From Cyanophora paradoxa CCMP329 (lineage: Eukaryota > Plantae > Glaucophyta), in contig QPMI01000275.1 in assembly GCA_004431415.1 (NCBI GenBank), positions 1 to 64,000 of the forward strand: a stretch of 64,000 nucleotides of DNA. Reading direction: 5' to 3'. The translations under genes and the position numbers were made by a program. Of this stretch, positions 22,001 to 32,853 are shown in pieces; the stretch's first letter is position 1, and the number at the start of each line of letters is the position of its first letter. Under the pieces are notes generated by a model. That model ran no database searches, was not told the origin of the DNA, and saw only the letters and a program-made list of their open reading frames with translations.

Positions 22001-25000
22001 CGGAGGCGGAGAGAGAAACAAGGAGAAGCCATCCAAAAAGGAAGATGAAAGGAATGTGCTCGTGTGGGGGATGAGCTTCAGCTCGGGTGCTGCGCCACTC
22101 GGGAATCAGTTGGCGAGCGTCGAACGCGCGTCTGGAGGCGCGTACCTGGTAAGCGAGCATATAGCTGCTGTTCTGCGGGCAGAGAAAGATCAGGAATCTA
22201 GCTCGGGAAGAGCAAGAGCGCAGAGCACGCACGTGCTGGGCGGGCGTAAGAGCCACGAGCTGCAGCTGCAAGAACCCCGTCATGGACGCTTCTGCGAGGA
22301 GGAGCAGATTCTGAGCTTAGAGAGAGACCGACGGTCAGCAAGATCGCAGCGTACGATCCCAGGATCGCGGCGCCGATGCAGGGCGTGGAGGTCAATCGTT
22401 AGAGCCGCGCCGTTCTGGACGCTTCTGCGGCGCGGAGCAGCGGCAGTCCTTAAGACCTCGGAAAGATCGCAGTTTTAGAAGCACGCACGCACGATTCGAG
22501 GATCGCGGGCGCTGCCGGACACGCTGTGTCCTTGGTGTTGGCGCGCGGAGGGCGCCCTGCTTTGCTGCATTTGATGGAGCTGCTCAAAGGACAGCTGCAG
22601 GCCGGTTAGAACGTGAAGTTTCGGGCGAGGGCGGGCAGGCACACGATGAACGTGGCTGACGCGGCGGTGGAGGCCGATCCTGCTTGAGCTTCGCGGCTGA
22701 TGCCGGGGAGATGTTATCGTTGGAGCTTGCAGATGAGCATGGGCAAGTGATCATGAGCTGGCAGGACGATGCGCCGCCACCAGTCGATGTAATGGTTGGA
22801 AGCGCGAGAGCGCAGAGTTGAGGTTGAAGCGGCTTTGTTTTGAATAGATTGCTCGTCACGGAAGTTCAGAATCGAAGAGCCAGAGGCTGAACGCGGTAAA
22901 GATTAGATTGAGGTGCAGAATCGACCGAGGACGAAGTCCACGGGAATGGAACGGAAGAACACCTTATTCGACCGAAGACGAAGTCTTCGGGACGCCTACG
23001 CGCGTGGACAGTGCACCGGAGATGTCGAGGAGAGCTCATCGCCTGAGGGTAGTCCCTGCCCGTCAGGCTCGCAGTCGCTCGTCTCATGTATGGCGCGCGT
23101 AGGATAGAAGCGAGGGATTTAGATCCCTCGCGGGTGTGGCGGAGGCGCTAGGCGTGCTTCCGTTCAAGAAGCGGCGGCGTCCCCCGTTCTCGAGGCGCAG
23201 AAGAATGCGCGCACCTCGCGGGCGCTGTCGTACGTCAGTTCCCGTACAGAGAGAGGTACGTGCGCTCGCGCGCTGCCTCTTGGCTCTGTTTCTGCTCCGT
23301 GACGAGTCTCAGTGATTTGAGCGGAGCCGTCTTCAGCGGGATTTAGATCTCTGGATTTGGACAGAGTTTAGCCTAGAGGCTTTTGCCTGCGCGATGCAGG
23401 AGCTGCACTCACCGGGCGTGGCCGCGGTGAGGAGCTAAAGGCGCTGCCCGACAGCAATTTGATCGGGAGGCCAAGACAACGATTCCAGCAGGGAACGAGG
23501 CAGGACTCTGAAAAGCGAGTCAGCAGTGTCGGAAAAGAAGGAAAGAAGCCCGAACCGCGGCGGTGGGCGAACGATTGACGTGGAGGGGCTTGCCGCCGCC
23601 CAGGGCGTTGTCGATAGGCGGGGCATTTCGCATCGTTCTGTGCGGTCGTAAGACTTGAGCGACGGCGCGGGCGGCGAGGTGTCGGCGTCTGGGCGCACGG
23701 AAGCGAAGTTCAAACGCGGCGAATGTGCTTTTTGCAGCAGGGTACGTGACTTTTATAGGACCGGGGGAGGAGACCCCAGGGGGTACGCTGTTATGCGTGT
23801 TGCAATTTGGACCTTGCAAGTTGGGTACATGATTGTATTTTTAAAAAACAAACAACGCCGAGAAGGCTATTCTTTCGCGCGAGAAAGAGACAGCCGAGGC
23901 GCTGCGCGCGCGGCGGGGGGCGGCCGCGCGCGCTGCGCCGAGGCTGTGACCCACCACTAACCCAGCGGAGATTTCCGCTCGGCCGCGGCCTGCGAGATTC
24001 TCAGTACCAGAGGTAAGGCACGGAAATGAACGGGTTGCGTACGCGTTCAAGCGGAGCTGGAGGCTCCGTCCGATTAGCCCGACCTGCTGGCGACTGAGTG
24101 AGTAGTCGCAGCAGGCCGTGGCCGCCTTCGTATTTTGGATGACTGTTTGGATGACTGTGGGGAGTGGTACAAAAAGTGCGTATACGTATACACGACTAAT
24201 TGAAAAACTAGAGGTCGAACGCTAAGCTAAGCAATGATCAATTCGTACATTTTGTAGGTACAACGATGGGCGCCAGCGGCGGTCGGGGATGGTGGTCTGG
24301 CTCAACAGCGGCTCGGAATACGAGGGCGGCTTCACCGAGTTCGTGGTCCGCGATCGCGATCGCCGGCGCCGTCGTCCCCGGCCCCGGCCCGCGGCCGCGG
24401 GCCAGGTCCACGCTGCTCCGAATGATGCTTGGGGCTCCGGCCCATCTGCAAAGTAGAATCTCGGATTCGAGATCAAGGGACCGCCTGGCTGGGGTATAAA
24501 GTTCGACTTGCTACAGAAGGACTCTCTGTTCTGGTACATCAAACTTCTTACAGTGATACGTTCAGCTTCTTGTCTTGCCTTTGAATCTGGAGCAGCCACG
24601 ATTTCGCCGTCCACCGCGCCGGCCAGACGATCCGCGGCCAGAGGAGGTTCGTGGGTATCGAAGCTACAGCCGGTCAGGCTGGTTTATGCGAGACGAAAAA
24701 CGTATACTCTTTGCTCAAAAAATTCCGCGCATGTGCAGAGTAATGACCATTTTTATCAACGCACCTTACACGTGGATGGAGTCACGGGAAATAAAGGGCC
24801 CACAAGGCTACAACAGCACCCTCGCAAACGAGCTACGAGAGAAGTTTCAGCGTGCTAGCGTTAACGTTCACGATCGCGATCAAGCGGAGTCGGATCCGGA
24901 GTCAGTGCGGGTACCGGATTCGAAGACGGATTCCGATGCGCATTACTTGGATTTCGGGTCTGTGCGGCCAGAGGTGGGCTAGCTATAGCGCTGTTTCACA

Positions 25001-26196
25001 CGTGCAACTCGGAAAATGCGTGCGGAAATTCAAACGCGCTCCGATCCGCGCAGATCTGGCCGCTACTTAGCCAGGAGCAAGTGAGCCATCTGAATGCTGT
25101 CTTTTATCAAGAAGACGACGGCGATAAGACTCTCTACAGGAAAGACGTGAACCCTCACGGTGCATCCAGAAATATTCGTAATCAATTGCAAATGCGTTCG
25201 AATCGCCTCGTCCGTTTGAATAGCATTTAATGCGTTGCTATACAGACCCGCATGAACGTGCTGACGCTGGTTTGATTCGCACGGTTCCGGTCCGCATGTG
25301 CGCAGATGGTCTTTTAGACCACATTGTACGAGACGTATTCGAGACGATCTTGCGAAAACTGGGGCCTTCCTACTCATACAATGATCTCTTCACCGCCAGG
25401 TTTTACTCGTGTGTAATCCTATATATATATATGTATGGCTAGGCCTCGAACTGCCATCTAGACTGTCATGCAATATATTTACTGCGGCATTCGCGATCGT
25501 AGGCGTCGACCCCCTGCGACGGGACCACCTGCGCCGCCCTTTTGCAAAGAAGAAATTCACATTGACGCGTGTTGCTCGGACGAGTGCGGTGAATGGTACA
25601 GAACGTGAGCTCTTTTACTGATATATACCTGTAGGATGCGAGTACTGCCGAGGTTTCTAAACGTGAGGCTCTGGGTTGAACGCAGTCACGGCCGCGGCCG
25701 GCAGCGGAGGAGCCAGGTCATTGTGTGGCTGAACAACGGTTTCGAGTACGAAGGGGGGCACTCTTCCTTCGACGTGAGTTACTTGAACCTGCGATTCTTT
25801 GCGGGAACTCAAATTCAAAACGTTAGCTAATGAAAGCGGCCTGCACGCGCCCGGCCAGAACATGGGCCTCCACGTCAAGGGGGCCGCGGGGACGGCGCTC
25901 AAGTTCGACCTTCTGTCGAACGGCACTCTCCTCTGCGACGACTACGCGGTCCATCAGGAGAGGCCCGTGACGCAAGGACTGAAACGGTCCGCAACGTTAA
26001 CGCGTCCAGTGGCAATGCGCCTACTTAATTCGCTTCAATTATATTTGCGGCGCTGATTAATATTTCGTCTCTTCGAATTCGAAATCCCCCGTCGCCGCGC
26101 AGCATGATGCTCGTGTGGCTGCTCGCGCCACTGGAGTGGATGGAAACACTGGAGGGGCCGGCAGGATACGACCGTTCCTTCGCCCTCACGCACTGA
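19087..26196 (+). CDS. Secreted tandem two-domain 2-oxoglutarate/Fe(II) dioxygenase, prolyl-4-hydroxylase-like; one intron holds a 3.9-kb insertion
   Basis: Signal MHTRVIVTLQLVFGLLLFVQPCRP and a His-rich linker. Domain 1: DLLTADEVNFLI, YHND (HxD, ~20090), RQRRSGMVVWLNSGSEYEGGFTEF (~24270-24340), DFAVHRAGQTIRGQR. Domain 2: PLLSQEQVSHL, IHID (~25558), RQRRSQVIVWLNNGFEYEGGHSSF, DYAVHQERPVTQGLK. Stop at 26194-26196. Confidence 0.8.
20196..20274. repeat. Left copy of the 79-bp target-site duplication (right copy 24143-24221)
   Basis: CTGTTTGGATGACTGTGGGGAGTGG...AACTAGAGGTCGAACG occurs identically on both sides of the insertion. Confidence 0.95.
20451..20556 (-). ncRNA. Candidate imperfect type III hammerhead-ribozyme-like motif (second copy 23275-23380)
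   Basis: Minus strand: CUCUG-UC ... CUGAAGA (20512-20506) - stem GCUCCG/CGGAGC - GAAA-CAGAG, with stem III extended by GCCUCU/AGAGGC. Stem I is weak and the base of stem II is non-canonical. Confidence 0.3.
21445..22233. repeat. Internal tandem duplication (~380-390-bp unit x2) within the insertion spacer
   Basis: ~21445-21821 and ~21841-22233 are near-identical, with a few substitutions and small indels. Confidence 0.9.
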
Positions 26197-26304
26197 CTCC
26201 CTAGGCCTGATTATGAGTTCGATAGCATGGGATATATAGGCTGCAGCTGCAGCTGTACGTATACATGTACGTATACGTGTACATCCGAACCCGACGAGGG
26301 CGAG

Positions 26305-26553
26305 GGCGGAGGGCCCCTGGGGGGGCAGCCCGCGACCGTCCTTCCCGCCCCGCGCGGGGGCCGCATCCCCTCGGAGCTCTCAGATTGTCCCCGTCCTGAG
26401 TGTCATCGCTTCGGGGCAGCTGCAGTCCATCCGTCCCCTCGGGAGGCCCCTTCCGTCAGCAATCGCCTTTCCCTCGGGCGGCCCCGTCCGTCCGGCTCCA
26501 GATCTAGACTCTAGAGGCTAGCGCTCCGGATCCGTCGTGACTCGTGAATTGAA
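26305..26553 (+). pseudogene. Degenerate relic of the 3' end and 3' flank of receptor copy A (~14610-14755)
   Basis: GGAGGGCCCCTGGGGGGGCA..CCGTCCTTCCCGCCCCGCGCGGGGGCCGC..CCCCTCGG..CCCCGTCCTGA and TCTAGAGGCTAGCGCT..GAATTGAA align with the receptor A terminus. Confidence 0.65.
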
Positions 26554-27113
26554 CCTTTCGAATGAAGCTCTGTTCCTATATCTATACCGCACCTGGCCTG
26601 TGCTGAATTGTGCACGTGATCGATATCGATTGCAAACATAAAAGTAGTAGTACTAGTACTAGTACAAAGACGTCGATGCCGCAGTGCGTCCTGTCTATTG
26701 CGACGCGTCCGACGGTCCTAAATGTTAAATGTATAAGGCGTCCTGCTCGTGATCATGATCACTGAGGCAGCGCACACTAGTAATGCAACGTTAACGCTAA
26801 CTGTACAGATATCTTGCAATTGCGAGTCAAATCACGAGGGAACACGGAGTCTGAGAGATCTAGAGAGTCAGGTGACCTTCGATATCGGTCAGATGACTGG
26901 TCAAGTGACCCAGTGAGAAGGGAGCGGATGTCTGATCATGGCATCGTGGTCAGTGACGGCGGCTGCTGCACCTCAGGCCTCGTCTCAGAGTCTGGATCGG
27001 AGCTGCAGCTGATCGGTATCTGGTCCCGAATCTCGAAGTCCGCAGCAGCTATAGCTAGACCAAACGCGCGCTAGCGAGCGTTCCAGGCAGCGGCGGCGCC
27101 CGGCCGGCGAAGG

Positions 27114-27982
27114 ATGCCGAGCCCTTTGACCGCGTTCCTCATTGCGGGGGCGGCTCCGCCCGCCACCCTCTTTAGCCTCGCGTTCCTCGACTGGGCGGCC
27201 GAGAGCCACGCCGAGCGGCCCGACCCCGGCGCCGCCGCGCGCACGCTCTTCCTCTTCGCGTGCGGCGTGTCGGCCGCCGTCGCCGCGCCCCTCGTCGGCG
27301 CTGTGGCCGCCGCGGAGGCCGCCGCGGTCAACGCCGTCGGATTCCGTGCGTAGAAGCGCGCGCCACGCGCGGCCTCTGAATTCGAATATTCACTGAGTCG
27401 ACGTCATCTCTCTGAATCTGTGCAGCGGTCTTCATTCCGGCTGCGCTCTGCGCGGCGGGAGCCGAGGCGGCGAGCCCTGGGGCGGTCGACCGGGCCGGCT
27501 GCTGGATCCGCGCCCTGCCCGCCCGCCTCGCGGCCCTCGCGGCCTGGGGCTGGGCCCGGTTGCAATTGGCCGCGGCCCGTGCGCGGCGGGACGACGGCGG
27601 GTTCATTCTGGTCGGGGCGGGGCCCGGCGGGGCCGACGTCGAGCTGCCGCCCCTCGGACCCGAGCCCGAGCCCGGGGCCGAGCCCGGGGCCACCTCGGCC
27701 CCTGGGACCCTCCCGTGGCCAGCCGACTCGATCGCGAGCTCGGAGCTCGAGTGTTCGGCTGCGGCGGCAGGCGAGGAAGTGGCTGCTGCTGCGGTTGCAA
27801 TTGACGGCGGGGAGGCGGGGAGCAGTTTCTTCGGAGGCGGGCCCCCGGCGCCGGCCGGCGGCCTGGATCCGGATGGCGACGTCGACCTGGATCGTTATTT
27901 CACTGCCGTCCTGGACAACCTGGGGGCGGCCCGCCGCGGCCTAGCGCCCCGAGCGGGGCTGCAGTCTGTCGGGGGGTTGTAG
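27114..27982 (+). CDS. Hypothetical two-exon membrane protein with an acidic C-terminal region
   Basis: ORF 27114 (hydrophobic: AFLIAGAAPPATLFSLAFLDW; LFLFACGVSAAVAAPLVGAVAA) splices through a GTGCGT..TGCAG intron (~27346-27425) in frame into the ORF ending at 27982. Confidence 0.55.
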
Positions 27983-28706
27983 CGTGATATGTTGAATGCA
28001 CGCTTAATTATAAGGACCCGGGCCCGGCGGCTTGCGCATGCAATTGATCATGAGCTCGAGACCCTCTGTTTGAATTTCTGCACATATATAATCGATATCG
28101 AGATCTCATGATCAGCATACATCTAGATTTATGATCTAGAAGATCTTCATCCGATGATCAGCTCGCTAGAGCCAAACTCTCGAACGCGCTGATTTCGCAA
28201 TTTAGTGACCATGCATGCATATGATAATGATCATGATCAGTCATCGGGAAGGCAGTAATTATTATTCATTGAACGGAATGCATATGTGTTCTAGGCCTAA
28301 TATTGTACACTGCAGCTGTGACATCGCATCTATTTCTTGAGAGACTGCGTTCGAAGAAATACGAAAATACGAGAGAAGAGCGCCGTCGCCCTTCCACTTG
28401 TACATGGACACTGTCACATTGAATTTAGATATAGTTCTTGAGAGACTACAGGTCATGGAAATGACGCATACGTACTCTGCGCTTCAAAATTTAAATGCTC
28501 TAGGTCTAGATGTAGTGATTACATATGACTCGCTATAAAAATCGAATGCGAGCCGCGCGGCTCGACTTCTACAAGTACAGTGGCGAAAGAGCTGATATGA
28601 ATAAGCTGAAGAATCAGATATCGATGGACACCGCTTAAAAAGGGGATTCATCTCGCGGGCCTGTAGCTATAACCAGCTACGTATTAGAATTTCGAGCGAG
28701 GCCGGC

Positions 28707-31700
28707 CTAGAACGCGAAGCGCTGGTCGGCCTTGAACCCGAGCTTGTCGAGGTTGGGGATGCACGCGAGGTTGATCATGGGGGCCGGCCCGCACATGAAG
28801 ACCAGCGCGTCGTCGCCCGCCGCCGGCATGTGCGCCCTGCACGCATGCCAGAGCCAGATCAGACCAGCAAACGACAAAGTAAACGATATCTTAATATATA
28901 AGACGCACGCGAGCATGGCGTGGTCGATGAAGCCGGTGGAGTAGGGCCAGGGCTTGCCGCCCTCCGGGGCGCGGTCGACGGTGTACCAGACGCGCACGCG
29001 CCCCGGGTGCGCCGCCGCCATCGCGTCCAGCTCGGAGCGCAGCAGGATGTCTGCGGGGCATGCCTCCGGAGTGAGAAACGAGAAGCGAGGAGGAGGAGGA
29101 GGAGGAGGAGCTTAAGCTGCTTAATAGAAAGCTTATGTCTGCTTAAGCGAGAAGAGGAGCTTTTGTCTGCGGGGGCGGCGGCGGCGGGATCCCGCAGCGA
29201 GAAACGATAAGTGAGGCGAGGCTTAAGCTGCTTATTGAAGCTGCTTTAATTTCATGAGATCAAAGCGCTGCGCTGTGCTGACCGGCCTCGGTCTGGTTGC
29301 CGTAGAGGAGGAAGATCTCGGTGCGGTCCTCGGGGTCCGCCAGCATCGCCTTGGCCACCTGAGGCGAGGCGAGACGAGCGTAAGCTTAAAGAAAGGCGCT
29401 TCAAATAAGAGAAGCGTAGGGACCTGGTACATGGGGGTGATGCCGGTGCCGCCGGCGATCATCCCGACGCGCCTCGCCGAGTGCGGCTTGTCCTCGATCT
29501 CGAAGCGCCCGCGGCCCTTGTACGTGATCTCGCCCGTCGGTCCCTTCACGTCCACCGTGTCCCCGATCGCGAGCGACTCGAGGTGCTGCGAGAAGGCGCC
29601 GCCCTCGGGGAAGCGCGGGTTCGCGTTCTTGAAGTAGACCTGTACATGTGTTAATAAAAAGAAGATTTAAAGGAGACGGATCTCTGTGTTTTTCAATGGT
29701 CCCGGACCTTGACGACGAGGTCGAAGTAGCCCTTGACCTCGTCCGCCGTGGTCGGCGTGTACGCGCGCATGACCGGCTTGCCGTTGACCTGCGGCCGAGG
29801 CGGGGGGCGATCAGAAACGCTCTACTTGGCCGCACGAACGAAAAGCTAAACCTACTAAACCTAGAACTAATCAAAAGCTTATTAAGGGCGCACGGTGGCG
29901 GAGAGGAACATGTGCTGGCCGACGGGGAGGCCGAGGACGTGGTCCGGCGAGGGCAGCGCGAAGCGGAAGCGCCGCGTGTCGTGGCTCAGCACCACCTGAA
30001 AATTTAAGCAAGTCAGTCAACAAGTCATACAAGAGGGCGGGCGCGGGCGCGCGCGCGGGCGCGGGCGCGCCTTCTCGATGAGCTTGACGGCGACCTTCTT
30101 CTTAGGGTCCAGCGTCACCGGCGAGGAGGACCCCGAGGCCGAGGAGGACGAGGCCGGGGCGGCCGAGGCGGAGGAGGAGGCGGGGGCGGCCGCGCCGCGC
30201 AACCAGGTGGGGAGCGCCGGGCACTGCGGGCACGGGCGAGGCTCGGTTGGCGAACGGAGGAGATCTAGAGCTCGGTGGGGAAGGGTGGGTACCTTGGGGT
30301 TGGGGAGGTAGTCGCCGTCGACGTTGCCGACGTACCAGTCGACGAGCATGTCCCACGCCTTCTTGCTGTGGATCGCCTCGAACTCCTCCGTCGTGTCCGT
30401 GCCTGGGCTCCAGTTCAGTTGTTGGCTCGGATCAAATCGATCGGGCCGGCTTAGTGAGCTTTGAACTAAATGAATATAGGCACCGGCGTTGATGGTGATG
30501 GACTTGGCGCCTCCCGGGTGCTCCTTGAGGAACTTGGTGCAGTCGTACACCTGATTACAGAAGATAAGAAGCGTTAGTTGAAGGATGATAAATAGAGCCA
30601 GCTAGATAGTTAAATAGGTAGATAGATATGTGTGCACCTTGTTTGAGACGATGATCCAGCAGTCCTCGGGCGTGTTGTGCTTCTCAATCTGCCGCGGAGA
30701 AGACGCGTCAAATCAAGGGGGCGGAACAGTACTAAGGGGCGGCTCGCCCACCTCGGCCATGGTCAGCTTGTGCGCAGAGGCGGCGGGGGCGGCGGCGGGG
30801 GCGGAGGCGGCGGCGGGGGCGGCGGCGGGGGCGGCGGGAGCGGCAGGGGCGGCAGGGGCGGAGGAGGGGAGGGGCTGCGGGGCCGAGGCGGCGGGGCTCT
30901 TGGGGTCCGGGTGGCGGAGCATCCAGCCGCCCGGCTGGTTGCCGGCCTGCGTCGGGTGCTCGAACCAGACCGCCAGCTCCCCGCTCGCCGTCCGCGTCGG
31001 GTGGACCTGCCTCGCAAGTTAAGCTAAGGCTTCTAAGAGAATCAATTGGAGATCCTTCTAATAAATCAGTATAAGAACCTTGACGCGGAAGTAGGCGTTG
31101 TTGCCCATGCCCATGAGGTTCCAGGTCACGCGCTCCGGCTGCCCGTTGTTCGACTCGTCCCACGCCCGAACCTGCGAACGAAGGGGCGGCGTCAGAGGGG
31201 CGCGGGCGCTGCGAACGAAGGGCCGGGGCGGCCCGGACCATCAGCTCGCGGCAGCGGAGTAGGACGAGGGGGTCCGCCTCGTGCTCCCAGAGGACCCAGC
31301 ACCAGTGGCGCCCCTTGCGGTTCGGCTTCTCGTGCGCGTTGACCTTGGCGTGCTCCCACGTCGCCCCGTCGTCCAGGCTCACCTCCACGCGCGTCACCCG
31401 CCGGCCCCCGCCCGTGTAGGCGTACCCCGCGAGCCGCAGCGGGCCCGGCTGCCCGCCGAACGAGACGAGGTCGCCGTGGGCCGGCGCCCAGAAGGCCGAG
31501 TTGATGTTCAGCTCGTTGAAGATGTAGTCGGGCTTGTACCACCAGCCTGAGCAGCAAAGAAACATAATCTTCAGCCGAGGACCTCGACGCGTTCGCATCG
31601 GAGAGATTAAAGCGCACCCTCGGCGTTCGCCTTCTCCGAGTCGACGTGCGGCGGCATGATCCGGTTGTCGAAGAAGTGATCTGAGATCGAGACCGGAAGG

Positions 31701-32853
31701 ATGGATCTTATAAGCGGCAGATCCAAATACAAAGGTGGAAAAGCTAAAGCGCACAGTAGTTCTGCGTCTCGTCGCCCGAGACGTGGATGGAGCAGAGCCA
31801 CTTGACCATGCGGCCGCCGATCCAGCCCGGGATGATGATGCGGATGGGGTACCCGTGGTCCGGGTGCAGGATCTCCCCGTTCTGCTTGTACGCAAGGATC
31901 ACGTCGCAGTCCTGAGGGGAGTACACGCTCGTCAGGGGAGGGGAGGGGGGTAGGGACAGAATCGAGGGGGGCGGGGAGGGGGGTACCGCACCGGATCCAT
32001 GGCCATGTGGATCGGGATCTGGGTGCCGTAGGTGCCGTCCGAGCCCTTCGGGAGCTGCGGGGGAGACGGGGTACATGAGTTTCGGGGGGTGCGGGGTACA
32101 CGAGTTTCCCCGCGGCCGCGGGGGCGAGCCGTGGCCGGCGCACCTCGGCGCGGGGCCCGGCAAAGTGGACCCAGCGGGCGTTCGTCTCGTCGATGCCGCA
32201 GGCGCGGAGGACGTCGCAGAGGCGCGCGCCCGTCCACACGTTCGTGCTTACGCCCGAAGAGCCCCAGTTGAAGCCCTGCGCGCACGCGGGCGCCCGCCCG
32301 AGTCAGCGCGAGCTCGCGCGCGAGATCGAAAGGGGGACGGCGCGGGGGCGGGCGCACGATCGTCTGCTTGACCATGTTCTCCTCCTTGCGGCGGTTGCCG
32401 GCGCAGACGAGCGTGACCGGGAGCGAGTGCTCGGGCAGAGCCGCGAGGTCGTCCATAGAGAACGAGCGCGGCGCGGCCAGGAGCCCCGTCACGTCGACGC
32501 GGTGCGTCGCCCAGTCCAGACGCGGCACCTGCGCGGCCACGATATGAGCTGATGCCTGAGCCGACGCTGAGCTGGGGCGAGCGCACGGCGCCGTGGTTCC
32601 GGACGTAGTGGAGCGGGACGGAGGTGATGAATCCGTCCTCGCGCAGGGCGTGGACGGGCGCCTCGCAGTTGAACGGGTGGCGCCCCGTGAGGCGCACGAG
32701 CTCCGGGTGGCGCCCCACCCACTCGTCGGGCGTGCCCACGTCGCGCGCGTCAACCGGCAGCTGCCGCGGCGCCCGCGGCGGCTTCGCGCTCGCCGCGAAG
32801 GCCGCGTCGGTGGCGAGCGGCATGGCGGGCATCTCGTTCGGGAGCGGCGGCAT
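28707..32853 (-). CDS. NIA: Assimilatory nitrate reductase (Moco, dimerisation, cytochrome b5, FAD and NAD(P)H domains), many exons
   Basis: [32 protein letters not shown]; LHYVRNHG; [14 protein letters not shown] (Moco Cys); [25 protein letters not shown]; b5 FLKEHPGG and EFEAIHS; [38 protein letters not shown]. Stop at 28707. Confidence 0.97.

Larger units (their letters stand above)
20275..24136. mobile_element. Non-coding retroelement-like insertion: ~1.04-kb direct repeats (20275-21316 and 23099-24136) around a 1.78-kb spacer, i.e. a partial tandem of a 2,824-nt unit
   Basis: The two repeats differ, by eye, only in homopolymer lengths. They are flanked by a 79-bp duplication of host intron (20196-20274 = 24143-24221). 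No TG..CA ends, PBS, PPT or RT/transposase ORF was recognised. Confidence 0.85.

Noticed and set aside
20611-23713. ORFs inside the insertion (e.g. 20611-20889, 21254-21820, 21993-22478, 22584-22859) as element proteins
   Set aside because: Short, with no RT, endonuclease, recombinase or Gag motifs. The duplicated ORFs simply follow the DNA repeats.
20275-24136. Canonical LTR retrotransposon, TRIM or LARD
   Set aside because: No TG..CA termini, no PBS or polypurine tract in either orientation, no gag/pol, and the flanking duplication is 79 bp rather than 4-6 bp.
27114-27982. NAR2/NRT3 accessory protein next to nitrate reductase
   Set aside because: The position is suggestive, but the sequence lacks recognisable NAR2 features. 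Left as hypothetical.
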